Positions 18,242 to 26,164 of a stretch of DNA of 47,532 nt are shown in pieces (the stretch's first letter is position 1; every line of letters starts with the position of its first letter). This stretch comes from Candidatus Kaiserbacteria bacterium (GTDB taxonomy: Bacteria > Patescibacteriota > Minisyncoccia > Phycocordibacterales > UBA2100). Location of the stretch: positions 1-47,532 of the forward strand of contig VGJQ01000003.1 in NCBI GenBank assembly GCA_016867375.1, read 5' to 3'. The position numbers and the translations under genes are program-made. The notes below the pieces were generated by a model. That model saw nothing but the letters and a program-made list of their open reading frames with translations. It made no database searches and had not been told where the DNA came from.

Positions 18242-18639
18242 ATCTGTCGCAGAAGGTCGAGGATGTAGTGCCCAAAAATACTCACGCCGATGATGGTTGC
18301 AGAGATGGATGCGATGAGTACTGCGCCTGCCGCTACGTCCTTGGTGTCGCGTGCGTAGGGATGATATTCGGGAGAGGTGAGATCGATATCGATTTCGATC
18401 GCCGTATTTACCGCTTCGGCCGACAAGACAAATCCCGCGGCGACCACAAGCAGCATCCAATCGAGGTATGAGATGTGAAAATAGAGACCCGCTATTACCG
18501 CGACGACCAAAATGGCGATATGTATCCACGCGTTGTGGGTCGTTTTCAGGAATATCCAGATGCCGCGTCCTGCATGGACGAAGCCTTTTGCTCGTTTGAT
18601 GATAGAAAATGGTTCGACACCACGCCCCTGTTCTTCCAT
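18238..18639 (-). CDS. dgkA: diacylglycerol/undecaprenol kinase DgkA family
   Basis: 3-TM protein with EAVNTAIE and DTKDVAAGAVL motifs. Confidence 0.75.
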   Translation of the reverse strand: MEEQGRGVEPFSIIKRAKGFVHAGRGIWIFLKTTHNAWIHIAILVVAVIAGLYFHISYLDWMLLVVAAGFVLSAEAVNTAIEIDIDLTSPEYHPYARDTKDVAAGAVLIASISATIIGVSIFGHYILDLLRQI

Positions 18640-18757
18640 GCCGGATAGTATACCACCAGGCGATAACTCTTGACTTTTTGCTTCGTTTTGCTATTATTGC
18701 AATCAAGCCCCGCGAGGGGTTTTAAAAATGCCAATTTTGGCGCTAATATAGACACCT

Positions 18758-19051
18758 ATGGCAAACCGCATCGTTCAATACGTAAAAGACACCCGGGGCG
18801 AACTCCATCACGTCGCCTGGCCTACACAGCACCAGACGATCGTGTACACGATTCTCATTGCCGCAGTCTCTGTATTCATCGCGCTCTACCTCGGACTCTT
18901 CGACTTTTTCTTTACGACCAGTCTCGCCAAGGGTTTGAACACTCTTCCGCGCACCTCCCCGATAGAGGTCACGCAGCAGCCGATACAGGTGACCCCGGAG
19001 GCAATTCCCACATTCGACACCAGTTTGGGTGGGACTCCGACTAACAACTAA
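18758..19051 (+). CDS. secE: preprotein translocase subunit SecE with C-terminal extension
   Basis: YVKDTRGELHHVAWPT followed by a TM helix. It lies immediately upstream of nusG. Confidence 0.8.
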   Translation: MANRIVQYVKDTRGELHHVAWPTQHQTIVYTILIAAVSVFIALYLGLFDFFFTTSLAKGLNTLPRTSPIEVTQQPIQVTPEAIPTFDTSLGGTPTNN

Positions 19052-19078
19052 AAACTATCAACTAACACACCCTCTTTT

Positions 19079-19624
19079 ATGGCACGACAAACACATGGTA
19101 GCGAGAGACAGTGGTATGCAGTCCATACCTATTCAGGATATGAAGACGCGGTTGCGCGCAATCTCAAACAGCGTATCGATTCTTTTGGAATGCAGGAACA
19201 GATTTTCCAGGTGGTAGTCCCGATCGAAAAGAAGATCAAGATCAAAAACGGCCGCAAGACCGAGATCAAGGAAAAGATCTTCCCGGGCTACGTGCTTGTC
19301 GACATGATCGCGACCGACGATGCGTGGAGTGTCGTGCGCAACACGCCCCAGGTCACCGGATTCGTCGGCACCGCCAATCAGGCAGTGCCGCTGGCACAGG
19401 CAGAGGTGGACAAGATCCTCAAGCGCGCCGGTGGTGACACGGTCCGTCATGCGATCGATCTCGCGGCAGGCGAGGCGGTCGTCATCATCGATGGACCGTT
19501 TAAAGACCTCGAGGGTAAGGTAGGGGAGGTCGACGAAGAGCGCGGCAAGGTCAAAGTCATGGTCCCGATGTTTGGCCGCGAGACTCCCGTAGAGCTCGAA
19601 GCCGACCAGGTGCAGAGGGTTTGA
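19079..19624 (+). CDS. nusG: transcription antitermination factor NusG
   Basis: WYAVHTYSGYE NGN domain and a KOW motif (GPFKDLEGKV). Confidence 0.9.
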   Translation: MARQTHGSERQWYAVHTYSGYEDAVARNLKQRIDSFGMQEQIFQVVVPIEKKIKIKNGRKTEIKEKIFPGYVLVDMIATDDAWSVVRNTPQVTGFVGTANQAVPLAQAEVDKILKRAGGDTVRHAIDLAAGEAVVIIDGPFKDLEGKVGEVDEERGKVKVMVPMFGRETPVELEADQVQRV

Positions 19625-19625
19625 C
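19599..19625 (+). repeat. 27-nt exact direct repeat, copy 1 (3' end of nusG including the stop)
   Basis: aagccgaccaggtgcagagggtttgac, identical to 21528-21554. Confidence 0.95.
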
Positions 19626-19710
19626 GAAAGTTGTCTGTAAGGGTAACCTGACGATGGCTGATTTCGGCTACCCGGCGCTGGCGCCGGTTCACTGATGAAC
19701 GGAGACCGAT

Positions 19711-19992
19711 ATGACCCTAATGGTTCAAACTTCTGATGGAAATGGAGTTGAGGCACGATTTACCCACAGTTGCCCTACGTCTCTTATGTGTGATGGTGTG
19801 CAAATAGGGGACGTTGAGATTCCGCTCGAAGATTTTGTCGCGATGGCAGTGCACTTTCTTTCCGGCGGCTTCTTCGACTGGAATAATGGCGAAACTCCTT
19901 CCTCCGTAAATGAAGCACTCACTACGTTGTTTGCGCGATATTATTGGATCGACGGGAGATGGGTACTCAAAAAAGACGCCACTGTGTCATAG
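19711..19992 (+). CDS. hypothetical protein
   Basis: 93-aa ORF followed by a strong hairpin plus T-tract at about 20013-20057. Confidence 0.45.
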   Translation: MTLMVQTSDGNGVEARFTHSCPTSLMCDGVQIGDVEIPLEDFVAMAVHFLSGGFFDWNNGETPSSVNEALTTLFARYYWIDGRWVLKKDATVS

Positions 19993-20046
19993 CTGTTTCC
20001 TTGTTTAGTTAACCCCGACCCCGCAGTAACCATCTGTTAAGGGTCG

Positions 20047-20075
20047 GGGATTTTTCTTTGGTGAAATGGTGTAAT
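20047..20075 (+). promoter_or_regulatory. extended -10 promoter (TGGTGTAAT) within a 24-nt repeat
   Basis: gggatttttctttggtgaaatggt is identical to 20574-20597. The -10 ends 8 nt before the ATG at 20084. Confidence 0.5.
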
Positions 20076-20083
20076 GAGTGGGT

Positions 20084-20377
20084 ATGGGAGATATAGCAAT
20101 ATTGGTCGAAAAAGCGCGGCCGATCTTCAAAAAATACGGCTTTCGCAAGGTCGGTGTATTTGGGTCGCGTGCGCGGGGTGATAATCGCCCCGACAGCGAT
20201 GTTGATTTACTCTTTTCCGACAGCGGACATCCGCTTGGTTTTAGCCAACTTCTCGATGCTGAAGAAGAATTGAAGCAGGCACTGGGTGCAGAAGTCGATC
20301 TCGTGCCGGACACCACAGTCGTTGCGCGTATGCGGCCGGGGATTAAACACGATCTCAAGATTATTTATGAAGGATAG
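20084..20377 (+). CDS. mntA: MNT-type nucleotidyltransferase antitoxin
   Basis: GVFGSRARGDNRPDSDVDLL is a GSxxRGx(n)SDxD motif. Confidence 0.8.
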   Translation: MGDIAILVEKARPIFKKYGFRKVGVFGSRARGDNRPDSDVDLLFSDSGHPLGFSQLLDAEEELKQALGAEVDLVPDTTVVARMRPGIKHDLKIIYEG

Positions 20378-20495
20378 CAAGGTGTACGCCGATCTTATTA
20401 TCGCGGCGTGCAAAAAGGTCTCTGATTTTATCGCAGGATTCACGAAAGAAGACTTCATGCACATTCAACTTGAATGTCAAAAGTCTGACTTTTGA
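20367..20495 (+). pseudogene. HepT (DUF86/HEPN) toxin, N-terminal 42 codons only
   Basis: ATGA overlap with the MNT gene. MKDSKVYADLIIAACKKVSDFIAGFTKEDF looks like a DUF86 N-terminus, but it lacks the RNxxxH region. The stop lies inside palindrome P3. Confidence 0.65.
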
Positions 20496-20499
20496 CATT
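20473..20499. repeat. perfect 27-nt palindrome P3 (aatgtcaaaagtc-t-gacttttgacatt)
   Basis: 13-nt arms around a 1-nt centre, read directly. Confidence 0.95.
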
Positions 20500-20573
20500 G
20501 GGCTCTACAAGGCAGGGCAAACGCATTAAAAATATGCCTTGAAATCACAAGATATTTTCAATGATGCATTACA

Positions 20574-20602
20574 GGGATTTTTCTTTGGTGAAATGGTATA
20601 CT
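20574..20602 (+). promoter_or_regulatory. extended -10 promoter (TGGTATACT) within a 24-nt repeat
   Basis: Same 24-mer as 20047-20070. The -10 ends 6 nt before the ATG at 20609. Confidence 0.5.
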
Positions 20603-20608
20603 AGCTGC

Positions 20609-21016
20609 ATGGGACAAGGACTGGCTTTGACGCAGACACAACAAGACGAACTTCGAAAGCTCGGGACCGTTTTGTGCTATCTGCATGGTTCTGTTGCCAC
20701 TGGTAAGGCGGGGCGGGAGAGCGATGTTGATATCGCGGTACTCTTCGATCGTGCGCCGACGGATTTGGTGGGTACCACGACGGCCGTTGTCCGCGCACTG
20801 CAAGGTTTTGTGCCCGAGCGTGAGATGGATGTGGCGATCCTCAATCAAGCAACGCCGCTCTTGATGCAAACGGTCGCAGTCCATGGCAAGCTTCTTTTTG
20901 AACGATCGATCGGCGACGGACTTTTATTCCAGATCCGTGCAATGCATGAATACGAATCGTCGCGGCACATCGTCCGCATCGGACGTCGCCTTGCTCTCGC
21001 ACGTGCTGGCCTATGA
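20609..21016 (+). CDS. mntA: MNT-type nucleotidyltransferase antitoxin
   Basis: LHGSVATGKAGRESDVDIAVL motif. 4-nt overlap with the downstream HepT gene. Confidence 0.8.
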   Translation: MGQGLALTQTQQDELRKLGTVLCYLHGSVATGKAGRESDVDIAVLFDRAPTDLVGTTTAVVRALQGFVPEREMDVAILNQATPLLMQTVAVHGKLLFERSIGDGLLFQIRAMHEYESSRHIVRIGRRLALARAGL

Positions 21017-21432
21017 CTGACCTCGCACAAGAACTCATCGCCGAAAAGATTACAAAATGCGCCGGGGCGCTCGCGGATCTCAAGCGCTATCGAGAAGTCG
21101 GTACGCTTGAATACTTGCGCGCCACCCCCGATATATATTTTGCAGTATGTTATCGTTTTCTCACCGCCATCGAATCACTGTTTGATCTCGGACAGTTCAC
21201 CCTTGCCGATGTGGGCGTGCGCGCCGAGAGTCAGCGCGAGGTCCCGGTATTGCTCGCCAAACACACTATCATCACGGACGATCTCGCAGATCGATTTGTT
21301 CGGATGTACGGATTCCGCAATCGACTTGCGCACGGGTACGACTCCTTGAGCGATGAGAAGGTCGCTGAATACCTTGCAAAGCATCTGGACGACATTGAGT
21401 CACTGCTGACGGTTTTTCAAAAAGGTATGTAG
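21013..21432 (+). CDS. hepT: HepT (DUF86/HEPN) RNase toxin
   Basis: FRNRLAHGY matches the RNxxxHxY HEPN motif. Confidence 0.8.
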   Translation: MTDLAQELIAEKITKCAGALADLKRYREVGTLEYLRATPDIYFAVCYRFLTAIESLFDLGQFTLADVGVRAESQREVPVLLAKHTIITDDLADRFVRMYGFRNRLAHGYDSLSDEKVAEYLAKHLDDIESLLTVFQKGM

Positions 21433-21449
21433 TAGTAGCGAATATGTAC

Positions 21450-21480
21450 AAGCCAAGCGTCGCTTGGCTTTTTGTGTTTG
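21450..21480 (+). terminator. intrinsic terminator
   Basis: aagccaagc-gtc-gcttggctt followed by ttt. Confidence 0.65.
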
Positions 21481-21527
21481 TGGCATAATCTAAGGCGTAA
21501 TCCGTAAGGCGTCGCCTTACGGATTGT

Positions 21528-21554
21528 AAGCCGACCAGGTGCAGAGGGTTTGAC
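21528..21554 (+). repeat. 27-nt exact direct repeat, copy 2 (orphan nusG 3' end)
   Basis: Identical to 19599-19625. It is preceded by the 12-bp-stem hairpin at 21499-21525. Confidence 0.95.
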
Positions 21555-21618
21555 AGAGGTAAAAATACCTGCTTTATTTGCACTAGGTTAGAACGTGATA
21601 CATAAGGGGGAGGTTGGC

Positions 21619-22227
21619 TTGTTGGACACGACATTCACGGAGCATGCGTTCAAGCGAGTGAGTGAGCGTCTTCATCTCTCGCCTGAGGAAGTCGCACAGC
21701 TTCTTAATGAGGACAAATATGTTCCTCTCGGGAAGGATGGTTCTTCCAAGAGAGTACATAAGCTGTTTTACAGCGAACCGGACTCATTCTGGTTTGTGGC
21801 GGTGCAGGATGAAGTGACTAAGGAAGTAGTTACGGTGTTGCCAGTCGATTATCACCATCGTTGGAAGGTTTCGGGTGATGCGCTGAGTTTCGCTCGCGCG
21901 AGGACTCGTGGCGAACAGATATCATTACCACACCCAATGCTTCCCGGACCAGAGACGGAGTCGGGGCCAGAGATGGTGACGCTTCGATTTTTGGGGCAGA
22001 TAATCAACCAGAAATGTAAGACACGTACCGTTGGTCTCGGTAGGATGCGGTATGAGTTGAGACATCTTGATCTGGTCAGTTATGACTCGGCGGTGCAGAA
22101 ATTTCTCAGGGACCAGCTTGAGGAAGTACCTTTCGTAGAAGGAGAATTTCTTGAGGAAATACATGCCTACTACGGAAAAGGCGGAAACAAAAAGTACATG
22201 AACCTTCAACTTAAAACGCTACTCTAG
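21619..22227 (+). CDS. hypothetical protein, N-terminal DUF4258-like region
   Basis: TFTEHAFKRVSERLHLSPEEV resembles the H-A-x-x-R..R-x-I-s motif of DUF4258-type toxins, from memory. A TTG start 5 nt after GGGGAGG is preferred over the GTG at 21595. Confidence 0.45.
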   Translation: MLDTTFTEHAFKRVSERLHLSPEEVAQLLNEDKYVPLGKDGSSKRVHKLFYSEPDSFWFVAVQDEVTKEVVTVLPVDYHHRWKVSGDALSFARARTRGEQISLPHPMLPGPETESGPEMVTLRFLGQIINQKCKTRTVGLGRMRYELRHLDLVSYDSAVQKFLRDQLEEVPFVEGEFLEEIHAYYGKGGNKKYMNLQLKTLL

Positions 22228-22304
22228 CTAGGGGGTAGCGTTTTTTCATACACAAGCGGTGGGCCCTTGAAATCCCCGGCCATTCCTGTATAGTGTCCCG
22301 ACAT

Positions 22305-22727
22305 ATGGCAAAAGAAGTCACCAAGATCATAAAGCTCCAGCTCCCAGCGGGGGCTGCCACGCCGGCTCCTCCGGTAGGTACCGCACTTGGCCCGGCGGGC
22401 GTCAATATCGCCGAATTCGTCAAGCAGTTCAATGATCAGACCCGCCCCCAGGCAGGCTCGATCCTCCCGGTCTTGATGCATGTGTACAAGGACCGCACGT
22501 TTACTTTTGTGGTCAAGAAGCCACCGGCGAGCCAGCTCGTACTCAAGGCCGCAGGTATCGAGAAGGGTTCGTCCAAGCCGCACAGTCAGAAAGTAGGCAA
22601 GATCACCAAGGTGCAAGTCGAAGCGATCGCCAAGGACAAGATGGAAGACATGAATGCTCACGATGTAGCACATGCCGCATCCGTCATCGCCGGTACTGCA
22701 CGCAGTATGGGCGTGGACGTGGTCTAG
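22305..22727 (+). CDS. rplK: ribosomal protein L11
   Basis: [26 protein letters not shown] signature. Confidence 0.9.
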   Translation: MAKEVTKIIKLQLPAGAATPAPPVGTALGPAGVNIAEFVKQFNDQTRPQAGSILPVLMHVYKDRTFTFVVKKPPASQLVLKAAGIEKGSSKPHSQKVGKITKVQVEAIAKDKMEDMNAHDVAHAASVIAGTARSMGVDVV

Positions 22728-22786
22728 ATTTGAATTTAAAAGAAAGAAAACGCCGAGTCGAGTGACCCGGCGTTTTTGATTTTTTA

Positions 22787-22844
22787 GAGCCCGTTCATAC
22801 GTGGCGTTCACAAAGAACGGGTACGTCATTTGTGGACGAGCCCT
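22787..22844. mobile_element. 58-bp internally deleted MITE-like element flanked by TA/TA
   Basis: Its ends gagcccgttcat... and ...atttgtggacgagccct match the 91-bp copy at 40719-40809. It appears to lack the segment between two aacggg repeats. Confidence 0.7.
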
Positions 22845-23947
22845 TAGACGCGTTCCGCGATCCGTACGTTGGTGTATTCGGGATCATCGGTGACTTCTTT
22901 GATCACCTTGATCCAGTCAGGGATTTTCACCTGAGTATTTTCCTCGGTGAGTTCCACCTCAAGCATGTAGAGCGTCTTTCCGCCTCGTATGGGGATCATG
23001 TCGTATTCCAGATACTGCCCCTCATACGGAAAACAAACCCGCGTTTTGCGTATGAGTTTCTTTGACGGATCACGTTGGGTGGCGAACAGTGTAGCATACT
23101 CACGTGCGCTGATGACGCGCTCAATCTCCTCGTTTTTGCCCGGACCAAGATATTTTTTGTCCGTCCGAAAGTAGAGAAAATTGGCACCATCCTGTCCTCG
23201 TTTGCGGATACGCGATGTGACCGCCGGATCAGATGAAAGTAGGTATGCTTGCTCGATCAGGATCATCTCATGCGGCATAGGCCAATGATTCGCTTCAACA
23301 TAGTGGCAGAGGAACTTACGTTCAATCTCAATTGGTACGGGAATACCAAGGAGTGCGTATATTTCGTGCTCCAGTCGCGCGAGTTTGCCGGCGAAGTCGG
23401 TCGAATTGTCGATCTCGCGCCAATGCGGCGCCCCGATCCAAACCCTTCGGGTCCGATCATCCAATTCCCGTGCCTGCGCGATGGTCTCACGTCTCGCCGC
23501 GTTGTTTGCAAGCGTGTAGTGTTGCTCTGCGCCGTTGGCGGCGGTCGTCAAATGGATGACGCCTTGATAGCCGTCCCGCGCCTCGACGTGGCTTCTGATC
23601 CCGTTTCTCCGCAGTGCTTGCAGGTATATTTTCACGTCATCGACGTATGCTTTGGATGTGGCTTTGCCGCGATCGCAGAACAGAACGGGTTTCAGCTTCG
23701 ATCGCGATTTCGCCGCGCGCAGCATGACATCCTCAAGATGTTTGGCTGTTCCGATGACCGCTGTCTGGAATTCGAGTGTCGGCCATGGTGCCGGCCATAT
23801 GTTGCCGTTCATGAGCAGTGTTGCCGCTTCGGGCACTACGATCGGATAGAACCCTTTCTGGGAAAGCTGTTCGACCATATGGGCGAGTGCGGTGGTCTTG
23901 CCTCCGCAAGGGCCGCCATCGAAACAGATTTTGGGTACGTGTATCAT
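22844..23947 (-). CDS. P-loop NTPase (AAA_28-like) fused to a CYTH domain
   Basis: N-terminal GGPCGGKTT Walker A. The C-terminal half begins with the EIERKFL ExExK CYTH signature. Confidence 0.65.
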   Translation of the reverse strand: MIHVPKICFDGGPCGGKTTALAHMVEQLSQKGFYPIVVPEAATLLMNGNIWPAPWPTLEFQTAVIGTAKHLEDVMLRAAKSRSKLKPVLFCDRGKATSKAYVDDVKIYLQALRRNGIRSHVEARDGYQGVIHLTTAANGAEQHYTLANNAARRETIAQARELDDRTRRVWIGAPHWREIDNSTDFAGKLARLEHEIYALLGIPVPIEIERKFLCHYVEANHWPMPHEMILIEQAYLLSSDPAVTSRIRKRGQDGANFLYFRTDKKYLGPGKNEEIERVISAREYATLFATQRDPSKKLIRKTRVCFPYEGQYLEYDMIPIRGGKTLYMLEVELTEENTQVKIPDWIKVIKEVTDDPEYTNVRIAERV

Positions 23948-24016
23948 TTTGCACCTTTCCGTTTCAAAGAACCTGTTTCGACCATATCACAATTCATAAA
24001 TATCTGACAGTGTGGT

Positions 24017-25708
24017 ATGAAGTACAATACTTGTATGGATACGGCACAGGGGATCAGGGAGGCAATCACAGGAGCGCTCGGGCAGCTCGGTATTTCTGCT
24101 GCGGCAGAAACGATCACCCTTGAATTTCCGGCCGATATGGCCCATGGAGACTATGCGACCAATGTCGCGCTTGTGTTTGCCAAGCAGGTAGGGATGGCGC
24201 CACGCGACATGGCCACCATGATCGTCGAAAAACTCGGCACTATCGATGGTGTTGCACGAATCGATATTGCTGGCCCCGGCTTCATCAATTTCACCCTCTC
24301 ATCGCAGGCGCTCGCCATTTCACTCAATGAAGCACTGATACAAGACGCGTGGGGTGCGAGCGATGTATGTCCCGACGAGACGGTGATGGTCGAATACACC
24401 GACCCCAATCCGTTTAAAGCATTTCATATCGGGCACCTCATGAGCAACACGATCGGAGAGTCGATTGCGCGCCTTTTGCAATTCTCGGGAGCCAAAGTCA
24501 TCCGCGCCAACTACCAGGGAGATCTCGGCGTACACGTGGCGTGCGCGATCTGGGGGATCCAGAAGCTCGGCATTCATCCCGAAAGCGCCGATGAGTTTGG
24601 TACTGCGTACGCAGCAGGCGCGACCGCATACAAGGAAGATCCTGTTGCCAAAAAGGAGATAGACGAGATCAATACAAAGCTCTACGAGCGCTCCGACCCT
24701 GCACTCAATATTCTCTATGACACCGGGCGTACCACATCACTCGAGGCATTTGAGCGGATTTACGGTATCCTGGGCACACATTTTGATCACTATTTTTTCG
24801 AGAGCCAGACAGCGCCGATCGGTAAGAATATCGTCATTACACACCCGGATATCTTTCCCGAATCTGAAGGTGCACGCGTCTTTAAAGGGGAGGAGCACGG
24901 TCTCCATACGCGTGTCTTTATCAACGCCAAAGGCATCCCGACCTACGAAGCCAAAGAGCTTGGACTCGAAAAACTCAAGAAAGATTTGTACCCCGAGACC
25001 AAGCTTCTCATTATAGTGACTGGCAATGAAGTCGTCGATTTCTTCCGCGTCGTCAAAAGAGCGCTCGAGCTCACCTATCCGCACATTGCCGACGAGATGG
25101 TGCACGTGCCACATGGCATGATGAAGCTTCCGACGGGCAAGATGTCCTCGCGCACAGGAGATGTCATCACAGGCGAATCACTCTTGCGAGAGCTTGCCGC
25201 AGCGGCCAAAGTGCGTGTCACCGAAAGCCGTGCGGGAGATACGGAGAAGCTATCACAAGAAGTGGCTGTGGCTGCGATCAAATACCAAATCCTCAAACAG
25301 GATTCTAGTAAAGATATTGTGTTTGATCGTGAGCGTTCGCTCTCGCTCGAAGGTGACTCCGGACCATACTTGCAATACACCTATGCGCGCACCGGTGCCG
25401 TGGTAGGGAAGGCACATATGCAGGGGATCGAGTCACGCGTTGACATGAACGCCGAGCCTACCGAAGTTGTTCGACTTATCCATCGTTTTCCGGCAGTCGT
25501 CGAGCAAGCCGCGCGCGATCTCAAGCCCCACCTCATCACACAGTATCTCCTTTCGCTCGCAAGTGCTTTTAATAGCTGGTATGCGCAGGTGCAAATCATC
25601 GATACTTCGGAGCATGCGCCGCACAAGGTGGCGGTGACGGCAGCGGTCAATCGCACCCTCAAAAACGGCCTCTGGATTCTCGGCATCCCCGCGCCGGAGA
25701 AGATGTAG
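24017..25708 (+). CDS. argS: arginyl-tRNA synthetase
   Basis: HIGH-type AFHIGHLMS, class I core, C-terminal anticodon-binding domain. An alternative start lies at 24035. Confidence 0.9.
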   Translation: MKYNTCMDTAQGIREAITGALGQLGISAAAETITLEFPADMAHGDYATNVALVFAKQVGMAPRDMATMIVEKLGTIDGVARIDIAGPGFINFTLSSQALAISLNEALIQDAWGASDVCPDETVMVEYTDPNPFKAFHIGHLMSNTIGESIARLLQFSGAKVIRANYQGDLGVHVACAIWGIQKLGIHPESADEFGTAYAAGATAYKEDPVAKKEIDEINTKLYERSDPALNILYDTGRTTSLEAFERIYGILGTHFDHYFFESQTAPIGKNIVITHPDIFPESEGARVFKGEEHGLHTRVFINAKGIPTYEAKELGLEKLKKDLYPETKLLIIVTGNEVVDFFRVVKRALELTYPHIADEMVHVPHGMMKLPTGKMSSRTGDVITGESLLRELAAAAKVRVTESRAGDTEKLSQEVAVAAIKYQILKQDSSKDIVFDRERSLSLEGDSGPYLQYTYARTGAVVGKAHMQGIESRVDMNAEPTEVVRLIHRFPAVVEQAARDLKPHLITQYLLSLASAFNSWYAQVQIIDTSEHAPHKVAVTAAVNRTLKNGLWILGIPAPEKM

Positions 25709-25849
25709 AAAATCGCCTCACTTTTTATCTCCTGAGACCATATGTTTGCAGGCATTGCATTCCAGTACACAGGAATATGATCATTCATTTTAAAATTAAA
25801 TAGGCACCCAATTTTTGTTGGGCGCCTATTTTTCATGTCCGAAATCTGT

Positions 25850-26071
25850 TCAGCGCTTGCGGTCATACACCGGTGGATCCAGATAAACGTCATGGTCGTC
25901 CTGGAACTTTGCCGCACATTCGCGGCAGCAAAAACGGCATGGGACGACTTCGCCATCACCAGAAGACGACAGTGTTTTGAAATCAAGCCCATTATCGTCG
26001 ATCGGCTTCTTACACTGGTCGCATTTGTCACGTTTTGAGGCGTTCACGGTCTTTTCCCTTTCATCGTACAA
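25850..26071 (-). CDS. small zinc-ribbon protein
   Basis: CDQC...CRFCCREC cysteine pairs. A hairpin at about 25798-25835 lies between it and argS. Confidence 0.5.
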   Translation of the reverse strand: MYDEREKTVNASKRDKCDQCKKPIDDNGLDFKTLSSSGDGEVVPCRFCCRECAAKFQDDHDVYLDPPVYDRKR

Positions 26072-26164
26072 TTACGTCTGCTGTAGAGGATAACCCAGCT
26101 CACATGCTGAAGCAACAGTTTTTGATGCCTCGCCGTTGGGCGTTTCCTTTGCTACGATACGGCA

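Noticed and set aside
19622-19624. Alternative genetic code with UGA reassigned, as in some CPR lineages
   Set aside because: Well-conserved genes (nusG, tatD, several TA genes) terminate at TGA at the expected protein ends. Conserved proteins show no in-frame TGA. The standard bacterial code fits.
19684-19702. Hairpin ccggttca-ctga-tgaacgg resembling MITE hairpin 1 (cccgttcat...atgaacggg)
   Set aside because: Only about 7 nt per arm are shared, and there are no terminal motifs and no TA flanks. It is too short to call a relic copy.
19133-19756. 207-aa minus-strand ORF
   Set aside because: It is antisense to nusG.
25381-26031. 216-aa minus-strand ORF
   Set aside because: It overlaps the argS 3' end and the zinc-ribbon gene region in a shadow frame and has no motifs.
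26072-26164. T-box or other riboswitch leader upstream of ileS (and similarly upstream of argS, glyQS and metG)
   Set aside because: The leaders are under 100 nt, with no specifier or antiterminator architecture discernible. They are too short for a T-box.
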